DNA of 64,000 nucleotides from a virus: positions 85,349 through 149,348 of IMG/VR virus record IMGVR_UViG_3300027985_000286. One strand, written 5' to 3'. The position numbers were made by a program, and so were the translations under genes. The notes beneath the pieces are model-generated. The model ran no database searches. It had not been told where the DNA came from and saw only the letters and a list, made by a program, of their open reading frames with translations. Below, in pieces: positions 1 through 9,507 of the stretch (positions are counted from its first letter, which is position 1; the number at the start of each line of letters is the position of its first letter).

Positions 1-14
1 AACCCTAAATTTCT

Positions 15-22
15 ACTAAATA
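15..22 (+). promoter_or_regulatory. T4-like late promoter (CTAAATA variant of TATAAATA)
   Basis: ACTAAATA ~50 nt upstream of gp18. The same (C/T)TAAATA core precedes gp22, gp23, gp3 and other late genes. Confidence 0.65.
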
Positions 23-69
23 GGTTTAGATAACCAAGTTAGCATTCAAGAATAGAGAGGAATAACACC

Positions 70-1908
70 ATGTTGAATATGGCGTCTCCCGGTATCAAAT
101 CTACAGAACTAGACCTTAGCTACACTGTTCAGTCAGTTGCTGGCGTGTCTGGTGCTTTTGTAGGTGCTTTTCTTTGGGGCCCTGTTGAAGAGGTTTTGAA
201 CGTAACTGATGGCACACCAGGTATGGTTCAGCGTTTCTTCCAGCCCGATAACAACACTGCAATCTACTGGCTGTCTGTTCGAGATTACCTTATCTACAAC
301 AACAGCGCTAAAGTGGTGCGACTCGTAGGAGCTTCTGCGGTCAACGCCGTTCCCACTGGAGAGACTGCACTTCTCGTCAAGAACGAATCCCACTACGATA
401 CCTTAACCCTTACAGGTCTAAGCGTTATCGCCAAATATCCAGGTTCTCTGGGTAACGCTCTAGCTGTCCATGCGGCAGATAGCGTCGGGTTCACTGGATG
501 GGCTTACGCAGACGACTTTGAGTTTGCTCCTGCTGCGGGTCAGTTCAACATGGTTGTTGTTGATACTACCGGCGCATGGTCTGGCACTGCTGGTACCGTT
601 CTTGAGAAGTACGAGCTCATGACCAACGTGGCAGGGTCTAAGAAGACCGACGGTTCTTCTGCGTACGTCAAAGATGTGGTCAATCGTGGTTCAAACTATG
701 TTTGGATTGGTGATATTGATGCAATGTACTTCCTACAGGAAGCAACCGCGGCGGAAATCGTTTCTGGTGGTTCTGGTTACACTGCAGCTGATACACTGAC
801 TGTGACTGGTGGAACAGGTACGTCAGCAACGATTACCGTTGATACAGTCGATGGGTCTGGTGTGATCACGGGTATCACTGTTGCAACAGGCGGCTCGTAC
901 TCTGACATTCCAACTAACCCGGTTTCGGTGACTGGTGGTACTGGAACAGGTGCAACATTCAATCTTACGTTTGCTTCCATTACCGGGTTGTTTGATGCGA
1001 CTCTCCAGGGCGGTGTTGACGATAACACACTAACATCTCACGTGACAGGTTGGAACCTGTTCGACAACCCGTCAACCACTGACGTGTGGGAGTTGGTAGC
1101 CGTTAACCAGGCAACTGCAGATATTGACGCGCTTGTTACTATCGCAGAAGGCCGCGGTGATTGTGTTGGCTTCTTCAGCCCCCCTCTTGCCGCTGTGTTG
1201 AACAATGTTGGTAGCGAGGTAACCGACATCGTTACCTACAGAAGCACTACGACCAATAAGAACTCCTCGTACCTGATGATGGACGATAACTGGAAACAGG
1301 TGTACGACGAGTTTAACGACTTGTATCGCTGGATTCCGATGGCGCCGTCTAATGCAGGACTGCACGCGGTTACTGTCAACTCTTCACAGCCTTGGCAGAG
1401 TCATGCAGGTTACACTCGCGGTAAGGTAAAGAACATCATCCGCCTTGCCTGGAACAGTAACGAAGCATACAGAAACACGCTTTACAAGATTGGTGTGAAC
1501 TCGTTCATTTCTGAGCCTGGTGAGGGCGTGGTTCTGTACGGCGATAAAGTGCAGGTCCAGAACCCAACTGCATTCAGTCGCATCAACGTCAGAAACCTGT
1601 TCATTGTAATGCGCAAGGCGGTGTCTAGAGCTGCAAAGTATCAGCTTTTTGAGCTTAACGATTCGATCACTCGCAGCTTGTTCAGAAACCGTGTGTCTGC
1701 TTACCTGCAAGGCGTTCAGGCTGGTAGAGGTGTTTACGATTATCGAGTGGTGTGTGATGAGAGCAACAACACTGCTGAAGTGATTGACGCCAACGAGTTC
1801 ATTGCATCAATCTTTGTGAAGCCTGCAAGAAGCATCAACTTCATTGGTCTTAACTTTGTTGCAGTTGCTTCTGGTGTCGATTTTACTGAAATTGAAAACG
1901 CCATCTAA
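70..1908 (+). CDS. gp18: Contractile tail sheath protein
   Basis: SPGI..E.DLS and F.WGP at the N-terminus; GDK...SRINVR.LF, CDESNNT and KPARSINFI.LNF at the C-terminus; synteny. Confidence 0.97.
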   Translation: MLNMASPGIKSTELDLSYTVQSVAGVSGAFVGAFLWGPVEEVLNVTDGTPGMVQRFFQPDNNTAIYWLSVRDYLIYNNSAKVVRLVGASAVNAVPTGETALLVKNESHYDTLTLTGLSVIAKYPGSLGNALAVHAADSVGFTGWAYADDFEFAPAAGQFNMVVVDTTGAWSGTAGTVLEKYELMTNVAGSKKTDGSSAYVKDVVNRGSNYVWIGDIDAMYFLQEATAAEIVSGGSGYTAADTLTVTGGTGTSATITVDTVDGSGVITGITVATGGSYSDIPTNPVSVTGGTGTGATFNLTFASITGLFDATLQGGVDDNTLTSHVTGWNLFDNPSTTDVWELVAVNQATADIDALVTIAEGRGDCVGFFSPPLAAVLNNVGSEVTDIVTYRSTTTNKNSSYLMMDDNWKQVYDEFNDLYRWIPMAPSNAGLHAVTVNSSQPWQSHAGYTRGKVKNIIRLAWNSNEAYRNTLYKIGVNSFISEPGEGVVLYGDKVQVQNPTAFSRINVRNLFIVMRKAVSRAAKYQLFELNDSITRSLFRNRVSAYLQGVQAGRGVYDYRVVCDESNNTAEVIDANEFIASIFVKPARSINFIGLNFVAVASGVDFTEIENAI

Positions 1909-1927
1909 TAGGAACCGGAGAGAATAG

Positions 1928-2452
1928 ATGAAGATTTCTGAATTCAAAAAGAACCTTAGAGGCGGTGGCGCTCGTACCAACCTGTACCGGGTAGAAATTG
2001 ACTACCCGGTCTTTGCTGGCGGTGAAGCCGAAACCCGAAGAGGTACATTCCTAATCAAAGCTGCATCCCTTCCTTCTTCGGTCATCGGAGTGATTGAAGT
2101 TGGCTACCGAGGAAGAAAGTTCAAGCTTGCGGGTGATAGAACGTTTGAAGAGTGGTCAGTCACTGTACTGAATGATACCGTGTTTGACATCAGAGATGCT
2201 CTGGAGCGCTGGTCTAACGGTATTAATCAGAACGAGTCAAACATTGGCCTTGAGAACCCTGAAGACTATATGTCTACTGCAATGGTTCACCAGCTCAACA
2301 GAAACGGTGACGTGGTAAAATCATACCTGTTCCAAGACGTTTGGCCATCCAATGTGGGTATGATTCAGCTTAACCAGGATGACAGTGACACTGTTGAAGA
2401 GTTTGAAGTTACCCTTCAGTATTCACAGTGGACCAGCAACACTACTTCTTGA
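1928..2452 (+). CDS. gp19: Tail tube protein
   Basis: GGARTNLY, K.ASLP, GRKFKLAGDRTFEEW, WP.NVG.I.L, EEFEVT. Confidence 0.96.
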   Translation: MKISEFKKNLRGGGARTNLYRVEIDYPVFAGGEAETRRGTFLIKAASLPSSVIGVIEVGYRGRKFKLAGDRTFEEWSVTVLNDTVFDIRDALERWSNGINQNESNIGLENPEDYMSTAMVHQLNRNGDVVKSYLFQDVWPSNVGMIQLNQDDSDTVEEFEVTLQYSQWTSNTTS

Positions 2453-2488
2453 TATGCTAAACAGTGAAAACAGGTAAAGGAGTGAACA

Positions 2489-4093
2489 ATGCGCTGGGAT
2501 TCATTCTGGAATGGTTTCGGTTCTAAGAAGGAAGATAGAAAGCAGCAAACCATCGCGGCAAACACTGTTGTAGAAGAACAAGACGGTGCGATTGTCGTTG
2601 AAGGCGGTTTCGGTTACTACGGTCAGGCTTTTGTTGGTTGGGATGGTTCACCCACAAAAACAGAAGCAGACCAGATTTCTAAATACAGAAACCTGCTTCT
2701 TATTCCTGAAGTAGACTATGCAGTTGACGACATTACAAACGAGGCAATCTCAACTGATACGACAGATGTATCAGTTGAGGTTATCCTTGATGACGTTGAA
2801 GTTAGTGATAAGATCAAAAAGAGGATAGTTGAGGAATTTGAGACTGTCCTGTCTTTGATGAAATTTAGCGTTAGAGGTTATGAGTACTTCAAAGACTTTT
2901 ACGTTGATGGTAGAGTTGCGTTCCACAAGATTATTGATTCTTCCAAACCCAAGCAGGGTTTGATTGCCGTTAAGCAGTTTGAGGCTATCTGTCTGACTAA
3001 GGTCAGAGAGGTAAATAGAGATGGAGACGGCATTATCAAGGATTTTCGTGAATACTTCGTGTATGATGAAACACTCTTACCCTTCCATTCAAGAAGATCA
3101 AGATTCAACGGTAAGAAGGTTGAGATTCCTAAAGATTCGGTCACCTTTGTTATTAGTGGTGATGTTGATGTGAGAACAGGTATGGTTATCGGCCCTTTGC
3201 ACAAAGCTGTTAAGTGGGCTAATAACCTAACCATGCTAGAAGATGCCACTGTAGTCTATCGCTACAGCAGAGCACCAGAAAAGAGAATGTTTTATATTGA
3301 TACTGGAAACCTTCCACCAACTAAGGCGGAAGCGTTCGTTACTAAGATCATGAACAAGTTCAAGAATAAGATTGTTTATGATCCAATGACTGGTGGCGTA
3401 AAGGATCAGAAGAATCTCCTAAGCATGTACGAAGACTTCTGGCTTCCTAGATCTGCAACTGGTCGAGGCACTGAGGTAACTACTCTGCAAGGTGGTCAAA
3501 ATCTTGGAGAGATTGATGATATTCTTTACTTCCGTAAGAAGCTATACCAGGCACTTAATATCCCTACTTCAAGGGTTGAACAGGATGGTGTGATTCAGTT
3601 TGGTAAGCTTGCTGAAATCACCAGAGACGAGCTGAAGTTTTCAAAGTTCGTTGGTAGGCTCAGAAAGCGTTTCAGTGAGGTTTTTACTGACATACTTGGT
3701 ACACAGTTAATACTCAAAGGAGTGCTAACTGAAGATGAGTGGTTAAATATCAATGGAGATGTAAGGTACGATTTTGTTCAGGATGCCTACATTGCAAGAC
3801 AGAAAGAAAACGAGCTTCTGCAGTCTAAAGTTGACATTATGAGAGACCTTGAATCATATATTGGTAAGTTCATAAGCTACAAGTGGACGGCTAAGAATGT
3901 TTGGAGAATGTCAGATGAAGAGATTGAAGAGATGAAGAAAGAGATTATTGAAGAAAGGAGTGATGAGGTATACGGCCAGCCAATGAATGATGAGGGTGGT
4001 GATTTTGGTGGAGGCCAAACACCACCAGATAACAACTTTGGACAAGGTAGTAAACAACAAGATAACAACCAGGATACAGAGGAAGAGGATTAA
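2489..4093 (+). CDS. gp20: Portal protein
   Basis: PEVD.A..DI.NE, YVDGR, RAPE.R.FYID.GNLP..KAE, EDFWLPR, ITRDELKF.KF. Confidence 0.98.
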   Translation: MRWDSFWNGFGSKKEDRKQQTIAANTVVEEQDGAIVVEGGFGYYGQAFVGWDGSPTKTEADQISKYRNLLLIPEVDYAVDDITNEAISTDTTDVSVEVILDDVEVSDKIKKRIVEEFETVLSLMKFSVRGYEYFKDFYVDGRVAFHKIIDSSKPKQGLIAVKQFEAICLTKVREVNRDGDGIIKDFREYFVYDETLLPFHSRRSRFNGKKVEIPKDSVTFVISGDVDVRTGMVIGPLHKAVKWANNLTMLEDATVVYRYSRAPEKRMFYIDTGNLPPTKAEAFVTKIMNKFKNKIVYDPMTGGVKDQKNLLSMYEDFWLPRSATGRGTEVTTLQGGQNLGEIDDILYFRKKLYQALNIPTSRVEQDGVIQFGKLAEITRDELKFSKFVGRLRKRFSEVFTDILGTQLILKGVLTEDEWLNINGDVRYDFVQDAYIARQKENELLQSKVDIMRDLESYIGKFISYKWTAKNVWRMSDEEIEEMKKEIIEERSDEVYGQPMNDEGGDFGGGQTPPDNNFGQGSKQQDNNQDTEEED

Positions 4094-4095
4094 CA

Positions 4096-4350
4096 ATGAA
4101 TCTCTCAGAAGCAATTGAATCAAAAACACCGTCTCTTAAGATTGGAGAGATTGTGGAAGGTATCGCTGAAGCTACCCTATCTGGCATCATCAACGAGAAT
4201 TTCGAAAGCGTTCTTGCTGAGCATTCTTTCATTCTCGAGAAGAAAAAGTGCTCTGAGGAAGAGGACGACATGGAAGGCAAGGAAGGCGATGATGACAAAG
4301 GTGACAAGGAAGGCGATGATGACTCTGACGAAGACGAAGACGAAGAATAA
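4096..4350 (+). CDS. Acidic prohead core protein (gp67-like)
   Basis: Small protein with a D/E-rich tail, between portal and gp68. Confidence 0.65.
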   Translation: MNLSEAIESKTPSLKIGEIVEGIAEATLSGIINENFESVLAEHSFILEKKKCSEEEDDMEGKEGDDDKGDKEGDDDSDEDEDEE

Positions 4351-4377
4351 TTCTTCTCTCGTCAAGGAGTAGTCACC

Positions 4378-4629
4378 GTGGCAACAGGTAGAATTAAGAC
4401 CAGGGTTACGTCGAAAGGTCAGAAAATTAGACGTAAGTTCTGCGCAGCTGGTTTTCGGTTCAACCGAGAAACCAACACGTGCGAGAAAATGTCTGCTTCT
4501 GACAGAGCTCACAAAAAGCTAGCAATTAGAAAGGCTCTAAGAACAAAAAAGGCAGACTTGGGTGGTAAAAAGAGAGCCACAAGAAAACGTCTAAAGGCAC
4601 TCAAAAGAAGAAAGGCAATGGGGTTGTAA
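4378..4629 (+). CDS. gp68: Basic prohead core protein (gp68-like)
   Basis: K/R-rich, ends KRRKAMGL, directly before gp21. Confidence 0.75.
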   Translation: MATGRIKTRVTSKGQKIRRKFCAAGFRFNRETNTCEKMSASDRAHKKLAIRKALRTKKADLGGKKRATRKRLKALKRRKAMGL

Positions 4630-4633
4630 CCTA

Positions 4634-5305
4634 ATGGCACTCAAGCTTATTCAAGAATCGTCATTTCAGCTGAGCACTATCCGAGAAGATACATCTGAAG
4701 GCAAGAGGATGTACATTGAAGGTATTTTCGCTCAAGCTGAGGTTGTCAACGGTAATAAAAGATGGTACTGGAAGCCTGTTCTTGAACAGTCGATTGGGAA
4801 CTATATTGAAAACTTTGTAAAGAAGAACAGAGCAATCGGTGAAATTAACCATCCCGACTACCCAATGCCTAATCCAGACAACGCTGCGATTCGAGTGACT
4901 GAGATGCAGTGGGATGGCAATAACGTATTGGGAAGAGCCCTTGTTCTAAAGAACAATCAAGGTAAAAACCTCCAGAGTTTGATTGAGGATGGGTACCAAG
5001 GCGGCGTTTCTACTCGTGCTCTAGGTGAGATGAAGAAATCGAAGTCGATGAAGGGTGTTAATGAGGTCCAGATGGGTCTTATTACCACTGCAGTAGATTA
5101 TGTGTCTGACCCATCTGGACCTGATTGCTGGGTAAACGGCATTAACGAGTCTCTCTCAGAATGGGTTCAAGATGCCAAAGGCGCATGGGTTCGGCGACTT
5201 GTTGAAGAGCGGAGCCGTGAGGCATTTGAAGACATCGACCCTAAAACAAGAGAGGCTTTGCTGCTCGAGTCTCTTAAGAGTTACTTTGACAGCTTTAGAG
5301 CATAA
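4634..5305 (+). CDS. gp21: Prohead protease
   Basis: YIEGIF.QAE..N.N.R.Y, GE.NHP, GVSTRALG, D.V.DPS.PD. Confidence 0.96.
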   Translation: MALKLIQESSFQLSTIREDTSEGKRMYIEGIFAQAEVVNGNKRWYWKPVLEQSIGNYIENFVKKNRAIGEINHPDYPMPNPDNAAIRVTEMQWDGNNVLGRALVLKNNQGKNLQSLIEDGYQGGVSTRALGEMKKSKSMKGVNEVQMGLITTAVDYVSDPSGPDCWVNGINESLSEWVQDAKGAWVRRLVEERSREAFEDIDPKTREALLLESLKSYFDSFRA

Positions 5306-5388
5306 CAAGGAGACTCGCAAGAGTATCCTTTCTAACCGTATTCATTTGTTAAATAACAGAAACGCTTAGAAATACCAGAGGAAGAACA

Positions 5389-6123
5389 ATGAACGAACTG
5401 CTGAATATTTTTGAAGGCAAGGTTGAGCTCTCAGATGAACTGAAAACTGCTCTTTCCGCTCTTTGGGAGGCTAAGGTTGAGGCTGTTACCACAGAACTAG
5501 AAGCCAAGCAAGAGAAGTACATCACTGAAGAGGTCATTCCTTTTTACGAGCAGAAGGCTCAGAATTACATCGACGACGTGATTATGCCTGAGGTAAACGA
5601 TTACGTGACCGAGTCGGTCAAGGACTTTGCCAGAAAGCACGAAAAAGAACTGCGCAACTATGCAATCACCGAGGCTAACTCTTATTTCATCGGTAAGATG
5701 AAAGACCTGTTTGAAGGGATGTCAATCAAAGTTCCTGAAGGCAAGGTTAACGAGCTGAGCGACGCAATGGCGCGCATCGCTAAGCTGGAGGAGCAGGTAG
5801 AATCTGCAACTCAGGCCAAGATCATTGCCGAGAAGGCAGTTCTTGACATGAAGAAAGGTATTATCGTTGAAGACCTGAAAGACGGCATGAGCGAGCTACA
5901 GGCCGAGAAGTTCTCCAAGCTCATCGAGTCTATCGATTCGGACAGCCTAGAAACCTTCGAGAAGAGAGCTAACCTGATTAAAGAGTCTGTTACGGTGAAG
6001 GCCCCGGCTAAAGTCGAAGAAGGTAAGGATACACCACCTGCAAGTGTAATCAACGAAGACGGTATCACTGACCCCTGGCTCCGTAGCCTTGTTGATTCTG
6101 TGAAAAAGAATCCTAAGGCTTAA
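5389..6123 (+). CDS. gp22: Prohead scaffold protein
   Basis: Acidic coiled-coil between gp21 and gp23; late promoter GTTAAATA at ~5348. Confidence 0.85.
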   Translation: MNELLNIFEGKVELSDELKTALSALWEAKVEAVTTELEAKQEKYITEEVIPFYEQKAQNYIDDVIMPEVNDYVTESVKDFARKHEKELRNYAITEANSYFIGKMKDLFEGMSIKVPEGKVNELSDAMARIAKLEEQVESATQAKIIAEKAVLDMKKGIIVEDLKDGMSELQAEKFSKLIESIDSDSLETFEKRANLIKESVTVKAPAKVEEGKDTPPASVINEDGITDPWLRSLVDSVKKNPKA

Positions 6124-6179
6124 GGTTTAGACTGGCAAAAGAATTAAATACCAATAGAAAACACAAGACTTGAAGAGGA

Positions 6180-7478
6180 ATGACAATGGAACGCATTTTC
6201 GAAAATCTTGACCACGGTGAGGCCGTTTCTCAGTTGCTGACTGATGAAAAGGGTGCACCTCTTATCAAAGAGAACTACAAGAAGTTCGTCACAGCAACTA
6301 TGCTCGATAACCAGATTGACTTCCTGAAGGAGTCTGCTCCTCCTGTGAACGTTACTGGTTCGGCTATTCAGAATTGGGACCCCGTCCTCATTCAGATGGT
6401 TCGTCGGGCAACCCCTCAGCTGATGGCGTTTGACATCGCTGGTGTGCAGCCGATGACCGGTCCTACCGGTCTGATCTTTGCCATCCGCTCACGTTACACG
6501 TCGCAGACCGGTGATGAGGCACTCTATAACGAGGCTAACTCCGCGTTCTCGGGTACGGGTACTCAGGCTGGTGATACGTCAGGCTTTGCTGCTGACGCGT
6601 TCGGTACTGGTGACCCTGCTACTGGTACTTCTGCTGGTACTGGTATGGCTACGAGCGCTGCAGAGCTGCTGGGCACCACTTCTGGTACTGCCTGGTCAGA
6701 GATGGCGTTCAGCATTGAGAAGACCAACGTTACTGCTACGAGCCGCAAGCTGAAGGCTACCTTCTCGCATGAAATTGCGCATGACCTGCGTAAGATTCAT
6801 GGCCTGGATGCAGAGACTGAGCTGGGCAACATCCTGTCCACTGAGATCGTTGCAGAGCAGGACAGAGAGATCCTGCGTCGGCTGAACATCTCTGCTTCGC
6901 TGGGCTGCGTGACCGGTACCACTTCTCAGTACATCTACGACGTTGCCTCTGACTCTGATGGTCGTTGGCTTGTTGAGCGTTGGAAGGGACTGGTCTTCCA
7001 AATGGAGAAGGAAGCTAACGTGATTATGAAGGCTACGAGACGTGGCAAGGCAAACATTGTGATTTGCTCTGCTAACGTGGCGTCTGCGCTGAGCATGGTT
7101 GGCTTGCTGGACTCTAGCAACAACCCGCGTTTCAAGGGTGACCTGATGGTGGACGAGACTTCCAGCACTTATGCTGGTGTGCTGAACGCTCGTTACAAGG
7201 TCTACATTGACCCATTTGCGACCATTGATTACATCACAATGGCGTATCGCGGTCCTAACGCTTGGGATGCAGGCATTTATTACTGCCCGTACGTGCCGCT
7301 CGAGATGTACCGTGCAGTGGGTGAGGATTCGTTCCAGCCACGTATCGGTATTGCCACTCGGTACGGCATTGTTGCCAACCCGTTCGCTGCTAACACAGCA
7401 ACTGGTGAAAAGACTGGCAAGGGCCTTGGACAGGGTGAGAACCCTTACTTCCGCAAGTTCAAGGTGATCGGTATCTAA
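6180..7478 (+). CDS. gp23: Major capsid protein
   Basis: DPVLI..VRR, GVQPMTGPTGLIFA.R, DL..IHGLDAE.EL..ILS.EI, YYCPYVPL, FQP.IG..TRYG. Confidence 0.98.
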   Translation: MTMERIFENLDHGEAVSQLLTDEKGAPLIKENYKKFVTATMLDNQIDFLKESAPPVNVTGSAIQNWDPVLIQMVRRATPQLMAFDIAGVQPMTGPTGLIFAIRSRYTSQTGDEALYNEANSAFSGTGTQAGDTSGFAADAFGTGDPATGTSAGTGMATSAAELLGTTSGTAWSEMAFSIEKTNVTATSRKLKATFSHEIAHDLRKIHGLDAETELGNILSTEIVAEQDREILRRLNISASLGCVTGTTSQYIYDVASDSDGRWLVERWKGLVFQMEKEANVIMKATRRGKANIVICSANVASALSMVGLLDSSNNPRFKGDLMVDETSSTYAGVLNARYKVYIDPFATIDYITMAYRGPNAWDAGIYYCPYVPLEMYRAVGEDSFQPRIGIATRYGIVANPFAANTATGEKTGKGLGQGENPYFRKFKVIGI

Positions 7479-7503
7479 TACCAACAACCAGAGTAGTAAC
7501 ATT

Positions 7504-7531
7504 GAAAGGGCCTATTCGGCCCTTTCTTTTT
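7504..7531 (+). terminator. Rho-independent terminator after gp23
   Basis: GAAAGGGCC-tattc-GGCCCTTTC followed by a T-tract. Confidence 0.85.
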
Positions 7532-7829
7532 GGTTGTCTTTTCTGGGGATGGTAACGTCGATGAGATCTTGGGTTAGCTTATCGAGCTTATCCCTTTCAC
7601 TCTGTACTAGCTCACCAACAGTATTAAAGGTGCTGTTTTGGAAAGCAGGAACGTTCCTATAGACACTCTTAAGTGGTGTACTAGGATCCATACCAGAGAA
7701 GAGTATGGCATAGTGTAGTATGACACTTCTGGTGTCTTCGATCTGGGTTAAAAGCTCCTTGCGACGCTCCCCCATACCTTTCTTAGCACGTCTCTTCTTA
7801 AGGTTACCGTTCATACATTGCTCCTCCAA
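7512..7829 (-). CDS. Hypothetical protein
   Basis: Only ORF in this interval; the start may be the ATG at 7814 (GGAG upstream). Confidence 0.55.
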   Translation of the reverse strand: MEEQCMNGNLKKRRAKKGMGERRKELLTQIEDTRSVILHYAILFSGMDPSTPLKSVYRNVPAFQNSTFNTVGELVQSERDKLDKLTQDLIDVTIPRKDNQKERAE

Positions 7830-7874
7830 TTAGTAGCGCAAACACGTTAGCACAAAAATAAATCAGAATAAACC

Positions 7875-7948
7875 TTGTATCTTTGATATGTTCGTGTATA
7901 CTAACAACATACAAACAACACAGCACAACTTGAAGATAGGACTACACA
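7875..7948 (+). promoter_or_regulatory. Early sigma70-like promoter plus repeated leader
   Basis: TTGTAT-N16-TATACT, then CAACATACAAAC...TTGAAGATAGGACTACACA-ATG. Near copies at ~8395, ~13005, ~15160, ~59565 and ~59880. Confidence 0.75.
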
Positions 7949-8203
7949 ATGGCACGTAACAAAATCGCATCACCTCAGCGTGTAAAGTCTGTAATCAAAG
8001 AGCTGGTAGAATCTGGGTTTGAGTTTGTAGAATGGACCGAAGATAGTCCTTACGACTCTCCCAAAGTTCGCGTTAAAAAGAATGACATAACGTGGAGCGT
8101 GGCTATTGAAAAGGGTACCGTGCAAGCTCTTAGGATGAGCGACTGGTCTTGGGGCAAAAGCCATACCAACGTAATCGATATGATTGAAGAAATGGGGAGA
8201 TAA
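7949..8203 (+). CDS. Hypothetical early protein
   Basis: Strong RBS behind an early promoter. Confidence 0.75.
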   Translation: MARNKIASPQRVKSVIKELVESGFEFVEWTEDSPYDSPKVRVKKNDITWSVAIEKGTVQALRMSDWSWGKSHTNVIDMIEEMGR

Positions 8204-8205
8204 CA

Positions 8206-8388
8206 ATGACACCCGAACAGCAAACAGAAATCCTTGAATTCCTGCGTTCACGGGCAGATGAATGGCAAAACAAAGCTGAATCGTTCAGCGGTGACCCAGA
8301 TTTCGATGAAGGCGTGGTATCTGGAATGTTTCGCTGCGGTGACGAGGTTGAAACTCTACTACGACGCCTGGGCCTCTGCAGGCGTTAG
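8206..8388 (+). CDS. Hypothetical protein
   Basis: GGGGAG RBS, tight packing. Confidence 0.65.
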   Translation: MTPEQQTEILEFLRSRADEWQNKAESFSGDPDFDEGVVSGMFRCGDEVETLLRRLGLCRR

Positions 8389-8423
8389 TACACATAGCAG
8401 CACAACTTGAAGAGGACTACACA

Positions 8424-8723
8424 ATGGCACACAATGACAACGAAACTACTTTGGTCCTTAACCGAATTTTCACTGTTGCCAGCAAGTTCAACCTCATATT
8501 CGACGGCCCTGGTACTTCGAACTGGCGTCGTCGCAAAGGTGAGTACCACATCTACTTCCGCGCTGTAAACACAAAAGGTAACCCCACACTGAAGGAATTG
8601 TGGGTGAGCAAAGGCAATCGCATGGACTCGGAGCTCAGTAAAGAGCTCAGCAAGCACTTCAGCGCGGTAAAGTTTGAAGGTGGCTGCGCTGACCTTGGTG
8701 CTTCGTACAAGGTCAAGATCTGA
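8424..8723 (+). CDS. Hypothetical early protein
   Basis: Preceded by the repeated leader TTGAAGAGGACTACACAATG. Confidence 0.75.
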   Translation: MAHNDNETTLVLNRIFTVASKFNLIFDGPGTSNWRRRKGEYHIYFRAVNTKGNPTLKELWVSKGNRMDSELSKELSKHFSAVKFEGGCADLGASYKVKI

Positions 8724-8733
8724 GGGGATAACC

Positions 8734-8910
8734 ATGGACCGCAACTTGCTGAACATTGCTCGAGAGATTGAAGAAGACGGGTTGCTCTACGACCAAATCA
8801 ACGGGTTCCATCGCACTGTACTGGACGAGGTAATAATCAACACTGTGTCAAGGAGCATGGATCCTGACTGCACTGCATACTCGCAGTGGGTGTTGAACCT
8901 CAATCTCTAA
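8734..8910 (+). CDS. Hypothetical protein
   Basis: GAGGGG RBS before the ATG at 8734. Confidence 0.55.
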   Translation: MDRNLLNIAREIEEDGLLYDQINGFHRTVLDEVIINTVSRSMDPDCTAYSQWVLNLNL

Positions 8911-8913
8911 CGC

Positions 8914-8963
8914 TTGCGGAGTCCTTTGCTTAAATAGAGTTGTTCTAGCAAAGGACTCCGCAA
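8914..8963 (+). promoter_or_regulatory. 17-bp hairpin enclosing a late promoter and sequestering the gp3 RBS/start
   Basis: TTGCGGAGTCCTTTGCT (8914-8930) is the exact reverse complement of 8947-8963; TTAAATA at the loop edge. Confidence 0.85.
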
Positions 8964-9463
8964 TGTCATCATCTATACAAAGCGCTCTTAACAACCTTAC
9001 ACCTGATAAGTTCTTGATGAGGGTGTCTGTGTTGCCCAACTTATCTTTCCGGATAAAGCAAACTCAAATCCCCGGGTTGTCTGTTGCTGTACCTCAAATT
9101 GGAAACCGAGCAAGTCAGAGATTTAAACCCACTGCATACAACGTGGAGCTGAGTCCCCTCAATGTCACGTTTGTGGTAGATGAAGAGCTTAGGAATTGGA
9201 TGGAGGCCTTCAACTGGTTTAAATTGTGTACCAAGTCAGATGACCTCTTTGAGGATGGCATTCTAGCTGAAATATCCATCTTGGTACTAGACTCTGACCT
9301 TAAAGAGGTGTTGGAGCTGCAGCTACAAGATTGCGTACCAGTGTCCTTGAGTGATATCAACCTAGCAGTTGATGACGAGAGTACAACCCTTCTGGCAACT
9401 GTTACCATTGACTACTCTACCTACAAAATCAAAACACCCTTGTTTGAAGTGTCATATGATTAA
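8963..9463 (+). CDS. gp3: Tail completion/sheath stabiliser
   Basis: IPG.S, L.V.F.VDE.L.NW...F.W, P.SLS; position before uvsY. Confidence 0.85.
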   Translation: MSSSIQSALNNLTPDKFLMRVSVLPNLSFRIKQTQIPGLSVAVPQIGNRASQRFKPTAYNVELSPLNVTFVVDEELRNWMEAFNWFKLCTKSDDLFEDGILAEISILVLDSDLKEVLELQLQDCVPVSLSDINLAVDDESTTLLATVTIDYSTYKIKTPLFEVSYD

Positions 9464-9507
9464 TCCGCCTATCGTGCTATACTAAATGAGGTTCTACTAG
9501 AGGTAAG

